The notes under the pieces are model-generated. The model saw nothing but the letters and a program-made list of their open reading frames with translations, did no database searches and was not told where the DNA came from. From a virus (taxonomy: Duplodnaviria > Caudoviricetes): a stretch of 58,074 bases of DNA. Within the stretch, counting starts at the first letter, position 1. Each line of letters starts with the position of its first letter. This document shows positions 48,201 to 56,197 of the stretch, piece after piece. The position numbers and the translations under genes are program-made. The stretch is from the IMG/VR virus record IMGVR_UViG_3300025120_000055, positions 1 through 58,074 of that record. One strand, given 5' to 3'.

Positions 48201-51200
48201 ACAAAAACGACAGAATAGACACTATACCATCACCCGGTAATTTAGAAGGTGAAAATAATAGTGCCGGAGATGACCCTCATGGTTATGGTGACTATACTAA
48301 AAATAATGTTGAAAATTCAAAATTCCATAGCCCACCTATAATGAGGACAATGCCTGAACTACAAAAAGAATTAATCAACCCACAAGGTATATACGCACGC
48401 TCGTTACTTGTGGTGGCTCACGAAGGTGAATTAAGCCTAGTAGCAAGAAAAGATAGAGACGGTTACACCACTACTGGTGATTATTTAGTTAGAGGAGGCA
48501 CTACTGAATGGGATGAAAGATTCCACGATGCTGACCGATTTATCGCACCAGCCAACGCAGGGCCGAATGTAGAGGCTTTGATAGCAGATAACACAACACC
48601 GCCTTCTACTGATGTGAGTAATGAAATTACAGTAAGCGCTTACACTTTACACGGAGCAATTACAGCGGATACATCTTTGTCAAACGCTGAACCTTGTCTA
48701 AATGAAATAGGTGATTTATTCACTGACCTTGATAACAGCATAGGAACTGCATTAAATGAAAACGACATAGGTAGGCGTAATATTAGCCCTGATTATTTTA
48801 CTACTTCTCAAGGTGCAATTATAGCAGAATCAGGAGCAATATCCAACAAGTTTTGGATTGGTGATGTTAACGGATATGATGTTATGAGTAGAAGTCCTCA
48901 CAAAAACTTCAGCACAGAACATGTAGTTTGGAAGCGTATGGATGGTGGTAGCCTTACTTTACCTACCTCTAACGCTCGTGGTCTTGGAGCAGTACCTTGG
49001 GTTACAAGAGTTACAGCAGACGGTGATGGGAACAAAACAGTCGCTCATTTAACAGGAGAAAAATTACTAGGTAACATTAGGTTCTCTTTTGAGTCAACTA
49101 ACACCGCTATGATGCCCGTTCTACAAGCACAAGAAATAGCCCATCCTCAACTAGCAGCGGGTAACTCGGTAACGATTGCTAATGTACTTAACATACCAAA
49201 CGAAGAGTTACAGTTTGAAGACATGAGTGTTATAGATGATACAGGACAATTACATGTTATTCAAGGTGGCTCCCCACTGGGTGTTATAATTAGAGCATAT
49301 AAACCAGCATCAGAAAGACTGTCTACTGGATTAAGCCCTTCGTTTACTAATTCAGGTATAGAGCCTAACTTAGAAATTCAATTACCTAATCCTGATGACA
49401 TACCGGGTAACCTTCTAGTTAGAAGTGGATTCGACCCAGTACAAGCATATCAACACGAAACTATGGGTGATGGTGGTATGTTACCTATGTCTAGTAATAA
49501 CTTAAAACAATTATTCGTCAACGAAAACAAAGCACCTAGGTTAGCCCCTACTATGAACGAGGTAGGGTGGGAGCACATATCTCAAGATAAAAATTTCCCT
49601 GAGTCTAGTCGTGATGGATGGAATGCTGCTACAAACAACAATCCTATAGAAACCTCATACGAGTTACATGATAGAGCACTTTACTTCCATATCACTAAGA
49701 TGGGTCACAGCCACACTGAAAAGTTCCCTACTACCTATACTCATGCTAGTGGTGTACAAAGTCAAACGCTCAGTTTTGTTAGTTTAGTAGGTGCTACTTT
49801 AACTGTTGATGCTACAATTACTCAATCAATTTTTGCTGCTGGGTTTGGGACTCAAGAAGTTCTCGATGAGGGTAGTGGTAAGCGTCGTAGATTCCTTCGC
49901 ATAGCAAACACCGCAGGTAAAAGCGTTGTTGCTTCATATACTGGTATCAGTGGTGCTACATTTACTGGAGTAGTTGGGGATATTGATACCACTCAATTCC
50001 TTGTCGATAATGCTAGCGCTACTCTTACTATTACTCCGTCGTATTATGTTCCTGCTGGTAGCACTCGTATATTTGCAGCACGCCGTTTGCGTGACCATGC
50101 CGAAGTAAGTGGTAGCAGCCCTGACATGGCACACACAATGTATTTTGATGGCGATTCTCAAACTACAATTCACTCAAGATATAGCAAACCACAACTTACA
50201 CCAATGCCGTTACCTCGTATGGGACATCATTATGTTAACGCTACAATGCCTATGATGCCGGGTCACTGGGCGCATCCTTCTTATCAAGGATTATACACTA
50301 GAGCAAACAGCAATAAAACTGTAACTTCACAGGAAGAAGAGTTTAGATTATTAACAGAAGAGTTAGCACTTACGGATGGTAACAGCAACAACACTCCAAC
50401 AATAGATAGTATAGTGAATCAACTTTTCCCACTTAATCCATACCTTATGGTTGGTAGTTTAACAGCAAACCCTTCAGGCCCAAGTGACATACACGGCGGT
50501 GCATTCACACTAATGTTTGAAACCAAAATCAAATATGATGGTTACGGTGTACTTGCTTCTAAAGGTACTGCGGGAGACATCAATAAGGCTGGAGGACATT
50601 CTATTGTACTCGAGGCTGGAGGTAACTACACCCAAGCAAATCATTTCCCTGACCCTGCTGAGGTAGGCGCATATCAAATAATTATCCAGCCAAACTTGTC
50701 AGAAAAACAGTTTACTGGATTCCATAGAAATAACACAACTACTACCGCCTTACCAAATGCTAGCGATATGGATTTGACAAGTCAACAAGTTAATCTTGTT
50801 ATAGGTATAAAGTATGATGAAGAAAGACATGCATCGCTAACTAATGCTGCTAATATAGGTGGTGTAACTCTCATACTAGCCGAGGCTACATTGGCTGATG
50901 TAAGAGGTTGTGAAATATTCATCAACGAGGTAATACTTGACCACGACCCTGACCATGGTAGTCAATTCACTAATATCCCACCAATGCTGCTTTATAACCC
51001 ACTTGGAGTTCAGGGTAGCGAAAGCCCCCACTTTACCCGTAGAGGACATCCTTATCACCCACCTACGACTAATATTAATTTTAAAGACGCTACGCCGGGG
51101 CATACTACAAACATTCCTTGGTGGAGTATCATGCACAAAGACACACCAAATGCTGCAACTTCTGTAGGATTTAGACACTTAGCAATATATCGTATTGATA

Positions 51201-54200
51201 ATTATTATCAGTTCTGTAGAGCGAGTTATGGTTCAGTAGCAGCACAGATAACTCTCGCTGGGTATCCAAGTATCAGCCCTGATATTTATTCAACTATAAT
51301 GGAAAACATCAGTTTAACACCGTCATGTACTATTGTGGGCAATCAAACAGGGACATCTATACAAGTTGATGATGCTTCTTTATTCCCTGAAATTCCATAC
51401 TATGGGCAGAAATTAATAATTCACGATAACCCAACAGAAGGAGAAACTCTTGTAGTAGATTATTCCAGTAGACAAGGAGTTACTCAAGCCCCTTCTACAA
51501 TGAATGAACCTGATATACTGACTTTAAGTTCTAGTGCAACTGTAAAAAATGGTCAAAAAATAACTTTGAGTAAACCTTACTCAACTAAACCAATGAGTGA
51601 GTTGTTTACAATTGATAGCGAATCTATCATTACAAAAAATCTCGGGCAAACTCTAGCAGGGACACGAGACACTAACAGTCTTACTTCAGGCGATGCCTAC
51701 CTATGCGCTTGGAGTCCTAACTTGGGTAGACCGCATACATTTTATTCTGATGCGAGCAGAACATGGATTACTAACGGTGTTAATCATACTGCCGATAGAG
51801 CGATAAACAAAGCAGCATACAATAGTATGCCAAAACATTTTGAGACTATTCACTATCATGATGTAAACTACGCAGCGAGTCATGGGCCTTTTGCATTGAT
51901 GATGAAGTCACCCCAACCGCCTATAAAACTAGACGGAGTAACTATGAGTTTCACAAGTAGTTCTTCGGGTAGCAATTTTGTTATGAATTCTAATCAATCT
52001 TTAGGCGCTGGTTTAATTGGTAAAACAGTTTATGCTAACGGGCAAGTTATAGGTAAGATAACTGCTTATGCCGCCGATACTCCAAGTGCTGGTCAATCAA
52101 GAATATCTACACCCCATGTAATCTTTGGCGGTGATGTTGCTGGTCTTACTGCGTTTGTTGACGGCGACGGGACAGCACTTACTGCTAGTCAAATACATGC
52201 ACTAACAGGATATTCAGCCCAAGGTAGTAACTCTACTATGTATACTAATTTTTGGCCTTGCGGTAGTAGAGGTGGGCCTTTAGTAAGTCGATTAGATGGG
52301 TATGCTACTACAACAGCCGCATGGCATATTCCACAAAATTATGGTCATGATACTGGTAAACACTGGATTGACGATGATGATGATGGGTCTTATTCTGTAG
52401 CAAACGGTATAATAGCCGGTAATTTAATCTCAACAAGAACATATCCGTTTGGTTACCGATTTGGTTTAAGACAACCGTGGAACAGACCTCAATGGGGTCA
52501 TTACGGTATGAGAGCATTCCAAGAGTTGAGTAACCACGGTAGCGCTACACAGATTACCACAGGGTATAGAGCAGGGCCAGTGGTTCATTACGAGAGTCAA
52601 GGGTCAAACACTTGGGTTTACGAAGGTGGTAATGCTTCACAAAGTAACACTACTCTTCAAACAATATACGCTGGAATACTAGAAAGACAAACAACTGCTG
52701 CTGGTATGTTAAATGCAGATAAGTATGAGTGGCAAGTTCGATATAGCGAAGGTCGAAGAATGACTAGAGGGTTTGGTTGCGCTGTTAGAACTATAAGAAA
52801 TCCTAATACTGTAATTAGAGATTGGTGGGGTGATTCTGCCGGTAAGAATTTAAAGAATTTTGGCGCTGCTGTAAAATACTACTTAGTAGATTGGTGGGGT
52901 AATACTCGTGGTGAAGATATACGCAGATTCCCTGTTCGTAGTTTTGGTATCAATCCATCTTGGGATGCTGGGGATGCATACGAATATGATAGAACCTATG
53001 GTAGAACTCCATACGATAGAATATGGAACAACGGTAAACCTATCTTTAATCTAAAAGGAGTTGCCAACTTATCTACTGGCGCTGTTCTATCCTCGCCCAC
53101 ATCTACCATTCCTAGATTCGGTGGTAGAAAAAATACTGGTAACAACAATACAGATACAACACTAGTAGATGTTTTCGCACCAACTAACGCCATGCGTGTC
53201 GGTGATATGGGTGGTGGTCGTGGTGTTAGATTCCCAACTCAATTTAATGAAGATGTGCTAGTCGAACTAGATGCTGTATACGAAAACTCAGGTGTTGTCT
53301 TATCAAGCAGCACTGCTGAGCCTACATTTGGTAAAGGATATCTAAGACCAAGAGACGATGTATTACAACCTACTGAAATTGTTAGAGGTATCAGTAGAAG
53401 ATTAGAAATTGACGAAGATGGGTTGTTAAAACCTGAAGCGACTGTTAGTGATAGAGTAGAAGATATCAGTGGTAACTCGGTACACAAAGATGCTGTATCG
53501 AGGTCATCACCAAGAATAGGTATAGAAGGTCAAACAATGCAGTCATTAACTGGTAGTAATACTAACATGGTTGCTATAAACTCAGAAGCACATAGTCTAC
53601 ACACTAACAGGGGTGTAGGTCAGCGTGTAATTTTACACGGAGGTATGCAATCAGGCTCTCAAACACTAGGTCATTATGATTTGACCACTCTATCTTTTGC
53701 TGCTCAACCCCATGGTGGTGTAATGAGATTTAGCCACACTGCTAACTTCAAACCAATGGGCGGTACTTATGTCTTAGAAAGTCGTAGTTTCGCAAGTCCG
53801 TTTGACGACACAGGATGGGGTAGAAGCGGTATGGCTGTGGATGGTAGTGAAAAGACAAGTAACCCATATCAGATAACTAATTCAGTTTCAGCGCAAACAA
53901 ATAAGACTGATGATTCTGTTAAGTTCTTAGTACGACCAATAAGATTACTTGACAACCAACATATTGCGGTGTTTAGACCGCAACTCGCTTTACACAGTAG
54001 TAGTAAACAAACGGGTAGCACCGCTTACACGGCAACTGCTGGTGGTAAGTACGGTATGTTTAGTTATGAAACAACATCGAGTAGAGCAAGTAGTGGACTC
54101 TACATGCGTGCTACCGACCCTAACACTAACGCTCCTTACCAACCTGTATACTTGGTAGAAGATTCTAGTGATACTGTACCTACTTCTAAAGGCCCAAAGT

Positions 54201-54427
54201 TACTCGGAACAGAAGTTACTGGGTATGACAAGACGACTCTAAAATCAAATGTAACTAGATTAGTCATTAGTGAAAACAGCCTACAGCACTTTAGAAGTGA
54301 TGCACCAAGAAGAGACGGTGTAGACAAAGACTATACTGTAAAGGCTAGATTTAGCCAAGCATTACACAGTAAAGGCCACAAAGGTGATGTTGATTACAGT
54401 AAGAATACACATACGGGGGATAGTTGA
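36221..54427 (+). CDS. Giant (6068 aa) virion tail/adhesion protein with N-terminal LamG/concanavalin-A-like domain
   Basis: Uninterrupted 18.2-kb ORF with GGTGAT RBS; ALFFDGVSD, IEAWVVPD, YHIVA..IYVNG, YIGG..FRGVIEGIHVS; T/S/G/N-rich beta modules. Confidence 0.85.
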   Translation: MPIMLQSNHALFFDGVSDSVIIPQGSFSRLGRDYDSSNKSSSDIIATSSQGNSGKGAISDVFGKGLAIEAWVVPDCGGVILSKDGQFRLSIGSVDTPGPVEFEVNIQAPATGKMKVFARTALPETNNFNGHVYPVTTFGGLDDSYNRFDGSKDKATSLSLNQRPLYHIVAALNNNAAEIYVNGALMSQQRIPKGSEILENDSHVYIGGKGGEFRGVIEGIHVSSSFNPEMTTRNPALLTEKSISLFRFEEPISTFDSVYTINSIDSTYSDTAVTENDLTAITISTTEAQSLANLLTGKTVTDYVDFTVSPYSTGNYSVVDRFTTPGTTNKRSIPHVPYNLLINPGSINQDTKKPNGKPPERVRLHRINISTGEILVSSIHLDFPNSTNGDGLRPILHSTHTSANGANSFVVIAADYLIENGTGRPYQPPHLSTQIIDRTGQMLIDEGNYEQHALAYSSRMATTTNSPNNPFKVTWPADIDELFQVGHSGRHTLNHVEGHHYLRTMPRANNEALDQQAGNSDILTVMYDETAKGIDKLFPVNSKIDYYREVAHFEIVDAVNSSIVHEVVTNGLTGANKKLIAIGGTKANSVSFNPLPFVLKGPVPIDINNVDADLNKFHLHPSSKSRVALLSVPTLASRGIAPYVEVHYNAIDFSGASMSKTTPMIMIEKTVPASNLQIGGAYIVDDIATDVAAGNATLFAPGGYIDVGKTKEGNLGQVAFSHSLIGDNSEGFEADVELDERLTPQNFTATANLGNTTPQNISSSQTTKAEHDSVFHKLFLERNEIESDVSKVVEFSRQTPTTVHGSPSAGQFDVGITSSASSTHEMFDIIDNLQIGHLQGVTHRFFIQPSDRRRTNQLQHVFSLQDRINDANHAIILFLMSTARLRGIEQIENDNGRFTTISAVGLTDVAATRSVNELASGSPDSHVVKEIDPNAPVVSVTLGGVGQGGFDTKPSFDRSTLANLPYSSRRGFSCLATKLRVDRNPTNNFQFIEVAPLNNTSPDLKSWGTYPFPKEGRIYLKNGASAKYSSKTGSCFIFTDSTLATRNFIIPSGGVVATFQEWVASSGLSANAATLTGTAADVFPIGEILMGDGNFFIENLQTDGSTVNDRMFQSADNISHDYQLGTQFASTRALVEIPLFRGQFFADKLNGIYPAPDNSLKLHIDPTMTAHTWNPSPVGRRFQDIPASDRTAFSAYAKNALTNNKTNQTSITHFGLFGTNYRITVANTKVFPASITTSIALFQQPDKVMAYRRAFLPSGEWCIYDNDPETDGYLQFPNTTAFFSENFITEMNESIGLPLLIGNSLESEVLVPLKGDTLNKVSEIENRSEYYHDAASVKTQGGNIDYGLRQYVSAVEFKAGPMTNPHAAKTKTGRAEGTIVNVEPIMSGSTYSGYARLIMSDEDADLFPNIDPADLGESFKEWRMGEAHYTLEIIVGATTHIFTYMGHGNDLKITGNAILDDAISSIIVRTKEIGGTAPAYLPNLIGNSALLSRYGFNQHFDTDKENVLLNQSNNLSNTARPTHYSYPWSIVSITGSNQLLRVTCPKTELLQSNTLNMSIQDGDYVYAETIGVNALGSTPTSSIYLGQVSKIEEGMIQNNPNAAASIECIISLAAAVPAAQLTLLNDAISNGAISVVLRVGCHDIMKNDDTACLNKSWNYPFAQGGLRHGDTIWMNMTYNNPHAVQGLFCKSRGVFNEALVYKSFNGGKGDTANLPRDSIPLENFLIGDTCLETANNFVQHVNKTIQLNYNNLGMTHAPTIAYLDPYLAKEGHARVLLYDVSHDREFIAFQDIHMQVQSSAKALEIGYERYTATSNFADGTDEIDLGNYSVVYNGGAQNPFITQIDVANGFPSQNKYIRSNQRSNFMESAYAHNIANNIANEMLQPEVGKVSSLVHLGRGNTTLNQRGSGYSNANGVATTSLTGQGTGLTVNITTVQGEVVSAVVVNSGTRYINTTNAFESKVRITGGNNDCVMAVSTTNASLISTISSIEQSVVYGKAHGHFVQTGYYTGGLSSSERSIGDSIISRTNRGVVLSYFAEKTHIKTRELYSSDKFIVKELMQRKTGDLERQLGTVVAGGSGYNNGTFYNVITTTNGNGRGMTVNVAISGGVVQTVVINRVGDGNYKNGDAIFVGDRTLDSPNAASNVSGNGLANAILNVGHKHHETSTLFDTPDGTRVIPAFLALKGIRSAPLDLTNHPEANTRGINLLPQWSQMDFVRRLTIDLGEVSIIEGITNIEAAANEVVRMINQAGATGGKTHAPRNNKQYPVKVVGDADFAVTGSTFDPTVWWDEEKAFASHDKGTHMGYLRAHLGRVVKDIDGNEGFSIVIHSTVPGATGRNFAVWLDNSKGQAPYKPEFLIGHGGRFRTFWCLPDELTGENMHPAPMPLNKHGRPFAPITSLRQFTPLEQNTDVTSSTGDFTSNLSNTAEPKLRAISAATGGGQTHNTVNAESFEAEGFTASLVEGLRTGTSAVGRINFGGLVEAGVPGFAPDAGKWGFGRKGDTRFMNDYGIVTKVGQTDAPSTYTGHVPNRDVFPENIGDTPIYGLKLQDHVGSSHGIRYIYKNMGEKFTLENTKIPQTLDNEIVVHFNHKDCSQGGFTIGRHMHGIGDPTGRFPDARNTSFANWQGNLWRGASAPNAGYLTDIVYNKSTSTLTVTTYGPYDGHDHPDILGYMGFPATNGVIHVSDPFNCTGSATTTGNNGTGYTNGTYQTTATDSAGNTLTVDILVSGGVVQSGNTAIVSFGDGNYANGEVFTISGGNNNATFTLGNAVKGSWGNMFNYTHRSRLPGTSSTHTFHGVTADTFISNHSVTLHSDSATNRVGLGTFVVGEATQATRAIITSVANWTTLVTDELMAAVTAFAINLDDPNIEEGVFFDCTDMYASDGKTFGEWGITPESIKVKAFNTKNNITPISNFFTASVSRDMGIKAAHLEFGEIPRINADPTFGLIKVSGTNNAPTTSLLEEGRGIECGYIPKTILQINSRGKGTNTNTATPILVDSDNIAIDTTTWSKNLNGQNFTASSGDLILPNCDNPTLKMTSIHPTGTNINVDTQNEMWHFTRPPTAEKGLQILAAAPSAFNLAPVNDTQYVFSFGQITKVAYGSETGVLTPRNNNLTLTTVQFFDSPDMNAMSEDWPTSAPGGTLIIQKYADKRAYLFAGKRSLGSVHSIPIIHFSGGRDSPDKYVPLYFGGGFTGATIDINDGTNNDYAEHNTHHYANGPTGSAGIQNANEILSSFSTLDCNAIMAFFPATALLNQNRGSINPPVYNKNNILSPDLKRGGHTPSNIFPDAAPYTAGVHMQAPSPMVLRFAHPTARYQDHKNNIDNKTTFIVFGPGQAFPLTRDSASPANQFEPHPGAALTVGNTWSKIPAKTNDGNFLPNHIANFNGDFLPEQSSFQTTHREFHYKTTLNWESSLGIPLAGVTVRHRPENGRNYGSQFSPKAFENYTAAGSMDVSAAQIYAIAQPNRHAILVPSGMTKNADLCWHMDNGNHPGGSWMDNQITMNPPMQTGDARVAKTAATIINPTAFRVAGVLANKMLYSNGNSGSPAFQAETLDADDVDHEYIVVDATRCQNGEELACVLGAAINTFPGKGALKAIGGTFMPSMGNSSRQDRYGWIEAESTAIPAGAGNSPDFASIYGNGTVGGATADADVTNLGYSNRTATTSPATRSSTTTITFTGTVTSGSATITGVTVPATMKIGQSITGTGLAAYTIVTGFDSGANTVTVSPSGTSTPGSPVTLTLTINTLGNLLSSSTVKFADCFIDLRITAHQSVSAKVMASRIPSSGWLRSEAKHNYSYELSSTSSLKTPAWACYTSRAFYTHNSDLYVRFYLGINKLTGSKLFEDGDVWQQYARNLSEIDSVGNGQYDGLTTPHPAPNAGDTIWIWSKSSTHYVDNSTNFIGSRFTNYGIGAVHFNGLVDAIDRTKPIGAVGWHGERYSYLNTLNVGTGYAAGLGAWHTELGFSPYGSSSSCATVLSHLPNTTPLPNSPESAPPIDYKNDRIDTIPSPGNLEGENNSAGDDPHGYGDYTKNNVENSKFHSPPIMRTMPELQKELINPQGIYARSLLVVAHEGELSLVARKDRDGYTTTGDYLVRGGTTEWDERFHDADRFIAPANAGPNVEALIADNTTPPSTDVSNEITVSAYTLHGAITADTSLSNAEPCLNEIGDLFTDLDNSIGTALNENDIGRRNISPDYFTTSQGAIIAESGAISNKFWIGDVNGYDVMSRSPHKNFSTEHVVWKRMDGGSLTLPTSNARGLGAVPWVTRVTADGDGNKTVAHLTGEKLLGNIRFSFESTNTAMMPVLQAQEIAHPQLAAGNSVTIANVLNIPNEELQFEDMSVIDDTGQLHVIQGGSPLGVIIRAYKPASERLSTGLSPSFTNSGIEPNLEIQLPNPDDIPGNLLVRSGFDPVQAYQHETMGDGGMLPMSSNNLKQLFVNENKAPRLAPTMNEVGWEHISQDKNFPESSRDGWNAATNNNPIETSYELHDRALYFHITKMGHSHTEKFPTTYTHASGVQSQTLSFVSLVGATLTVDATITQSIFAAGFGTQEVLDEGSGKRRRFLRIANTAGKSVVASYTGISGATFTGVVGDIDTTQFLVDNASATLTITPSYYVPAGSTRIFAARRLRDHAEVSGSSPDMAHTMYFDGDSQTTIHSRYSKPQLTPMPLPRMGHHYVNATMPMMPGHWAHPSYQGLYTRANSNKTVTSQEEEFRLLTEELALTDGNSNNTPTIDSIVNQLFPLNPYLMVGSLTANPSGPSDIHGGAFTLMFETKIKYDGYGVLASKGTAGDINKAGGHSIVLEAGGNYTQANHFPDPAEVGAYQIIIQPNLSEKQFTGFHRNNTTTTALPNASDMDLTSQQVNLVIGIKYDEERHASLTNAANIGGVTLILAEATLADVRGCEIFINEVILDHDPDHGSQFTNIPPMLLYNPLGVQGSESPHFTRRGHPYHPPTTNINFKDATPGHTTNIPWWSIMHKDTPNAATSVGFRHLAIYRIDNYYQFCRASYGSVAAQITLAGYPSISPDIYSTIMENISLTPSCTIVGNQTGTSIQVDDASLFPEIPYYGQKLIIHDNPTEGETLVVDYSSRQGVTQAPSTMNEPDILTLSSSATVKNGQKITLSKPYSTKPMSELFTIDSESIITKNLGQTLAGTRDTNSLTSGDAYLCAWSPNLGRPHTFYSDASRTWITNGVNHTADRAINKAAYNSMPKHFETIHYHDVNYAASHGPFALMMKSPQPPIKLDGVTMSFTSSSSGSNFVMNSNQSLGAGLIGKTVYANGQVIGKITAYAADTPSAGQSRISTPHVIFGGDVAGLTAFVDGDGTALTASQIHALTGYSAQGSNSTMYTNFWPCGSRGGPLVSRLDGYATTTAAWHIPQNYGHDTGKHWIDDDDDGSYSVANGIIAGNLISTRTYPFGYRFGLRQPWNRPQWGHYGMRAFQELSNHGSATQITTGYRAGPVVHYESQGSNTWVYEGGNASQSNTTLQTIYAGILERQTTAAGMLNADKYEWQVRYSEGRRMTRGFGCAVRTIRNPNTVIRDWWGDSAGKNLKNFGAAVKYYLVDWWGNTRGEDIRRFPVRSFGINPSWDAGDAYEYDRTYGRTPYDRIWNNGKPIFNLKGVANLSTGAVLSSPTSTIPRFGGRKNTGNNNTDTTLVDVFAPTNAMRVGDMGGGRGVRFPTQFNEDVLVELDAVYENSGVVLSSSTAEPTFGKGYLRPRDDVLQPTEIVRGISRRLEIDEDGLLKPEATVSDRVEDISGNSVHKDAVSRSSPRIGIEGQTMQSLTGSNTNMVAINSEAHSLHTNRGVGQRVILHGGMQSGSQTLGHYDLTTLSFAAQPHGGVMRFSHTANFKPMGGTYVLESRSFASPFDDTGWGRSGMAVDGSEKTSNPYQITNSVSAQTNKTDDSVKFLVRPIRLLDNQHIAVFRPQLALHSSSKQTGSTAYTATAGGKYGMFSYETTSSRASSGLYMRATDPNTNAPYQPVYLVEDSSDTVPTSKGPKLLGTEVTGYDKTTLKSNVTRLVISENSLQHFRSDAPRRDGVDKDYTVKARFSQALHSKGHKGDVDYSKNTHTGDS

Positions 54428-55851
54428 TGCCGTTAATAAGTTCTCATAGATTAGGCACAGTAGTTAATTCGACTATTATGAAGTCTGTTCGCAAACCTGT
54501 CTTTGTAGACAACGCACTCCACTTAGGTGAATACACAGGTCAAACTAATATACAGAATAAAGTTACTATAAAGCAAAAAAAGACAGCCACATACGGAGTA
54601 GCAACCGGGCGTGCTTACGATATAACTGAATTAGAAAATTCTATGATTGTTAAACATCCTCAAACTCATAGTAGTAAATATCAAGGCTCAGTCTTCTACA
54701 TGGATTCTACTATAACAGATGATAACGCTACTAACAAACCCGTTTTATTTTACGCAAAAGGTCTTACTCATCAAAGATTAAGACCATCTAATGTAATGAA
54801 TAGCGGGGTAGGGACAACTTATTCTGTTAAGAATACTAAGTCTAAGTCGCTTGTTAATTTAGGTTTTGAATCTACTCAAGCACACATAGCACAACCAATT
54901 GATGTTGGTTTAAGAACTACCGACTTAGCGATGCGTATTAGTAGAGATATAGCAGACACTTTGACATCAGTGAATATATCTTTACCATTAAGCGCTGCTA
55001 ATTCTAAAATTGATAGAAGAAGACATAGCCATGTTTTCTTAGGCACTGATTTCCATGGTATTACATTAATAGATGCTTTACGCTTTATTGGTAGACACGA
55101 CGGTAGAGTGGTTCACTTCGATAGATTTGGTAATTTACTATATGTCCCTTTCCAATTCGAGGAAGGTAGTAGAGTAGTTAATGCCGCTGCTAGAGTTGGT
55201 GATAAGATAAACAACCCTATAGAGAACATTTCTAACCGTGTAATAGTAGAAGGTCTACCTACAGCAGTGAACGATACAGCCTTTGCTGAAATTAATGATT
55301 CGGAAAAGCAATCAGGCTTTAATGGTGAGATATTAGAAGAGCCGCAAATTGTAGGAGATTTCACAGTTCGTAGTAACGAGCAAGCAAGAGAAGTTGGTAG
55401 GAATATTTTGAAAGCAAACTCAGTCATGAAAGGTAATTTAAGTAGCAACGGTCATCCTAATTCTTGGGATTTAAGACCGGGGATGATAATACAGTACGAG
55501 GGTAGAAGAAAAATATTAGTAGAAGTTAGACATAACTTAGCAAAGAATACTGCTGACTTAGTATTCCTAAGTGTAGAAAGTGGTGTGGAAGGAGTGTTAC
55601 AAGGTATTCTTGAAGGCACTAGAAATACAGGTAAGCAACAAGACACTATACAACAAGTGATTGAGAAAAACTTGGCCTTCTTTGGTGATGTAGAAATAGT
55701 CTCGATAATCATGACAGAAAAAATAGTTCACGGTTCACCGGGGGATGGATTCATTATAGGTAAAGGTATGGCTAGAGGTGTGCTCGGAGTTGCTAATGCT
55801 GAAACTATGGGTGGAAGTAAATCTACTAAGATAATAGAGGGAGGTGAATAG
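54424..55851 (+). CDS. Baseplate hub/tail tip protein (gp27/gpD-like)
   Basis: LIDALRFIG..DGRVVHFDRFGNLLY, NRVIVEG, EQAREVGRNILK, DLRPGMIIQY. Confidence 0.7.
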   Translation: MMPLISSHRLGTVVNSTIMKSVRKPVFVDNALHLGEYTGQTNIQNKVTIKQKKTATYGVATGRAYDITELENSMIVKHPQTHSSKYQGSVFYMDSTITDDNATNKPVLFYAKGLTHQRLRPSNVMNSGVGTTYSVKNTKSKSLVNLGFESTQAHIAQPIDVGLRTTDLAMRISRDIADTLTSVNISLPLSAANSKIDRRRHSHVFLGTDFHGITLIDALRFIGRHDGRVVHFDRFGNLLYVPFQFEEGSRVVNAAARVGDKINNPIENISNRVIVEGLPTAVNDTAFAEINDSEKQSGFNGEILEEPQIVGDFTVRSNEQAREVGRNILKANSVMKGNLSSNGHPNSWDLRPGMIIQYEGRRKILVEVRHNLAKNTADLVFLSVESGVEGVLQGILEGTRNTGKQQDTIQQVIEKNLAFFGDVEIVSIIMTEKIVHGSPGDGFIIGKGMARGVLGVANAETMGGSKSTKIIEGGE

Positions 55852-56196
55852 ATGCCTATATCGAATCATGTAAGACGATTACTAATCGACACTATAGCCT
55901 CTAACATTAATGAAATGGTAATTGGTTTTGACGGTAGCCCAGCAACTAAAAGCGACGGGTCAGCAGGTAGACCTGCTAAAGTTATCAATCCTACTGTTCG
56001 TATAATTAGTGACTCATCATTGTTAGTAGAGGGATTCTTGCCAGCAACTGATAGTTTCGATGAAAATTTACAAGAAGTATTTGTGCAGTTTAGAGGTGCA
56101 CTCAGTAGTATACCTATCGCTAGGCATACTATAGCATCCTTTAAAAAAACAACTGCTAACGAGATTAGAATTCAGATATTAATTGAGGTGAGATAG
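55852..56196 (+). CDS. Small baseplate/fibre-attachment protein
   Basis: GAGGTGA RBS; MVIGFDGSPATKSD...IARHTIASFKKT...EIRIQILIEV. Confidence 0.6.
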   Translation: MPISNHVRRLLIDTIASNINEMVIGFDGSPATKSDGSAGRPAKVINPTVRIISDSSLLVEGFLPATDSFDENLQEVFVQFRGALSSIPIARHTIASFKKTTANEIRIQILIEVR

Positions 56197-56197
56197 A

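Noticed and set aside
36221-54427. Virion RNA polymerase (N4- or crAss-like giant protein)
   Set aside because: No DxDGD-type motif in a polymerase-like context seen; composition, LamG domain and position indicate a tail protein
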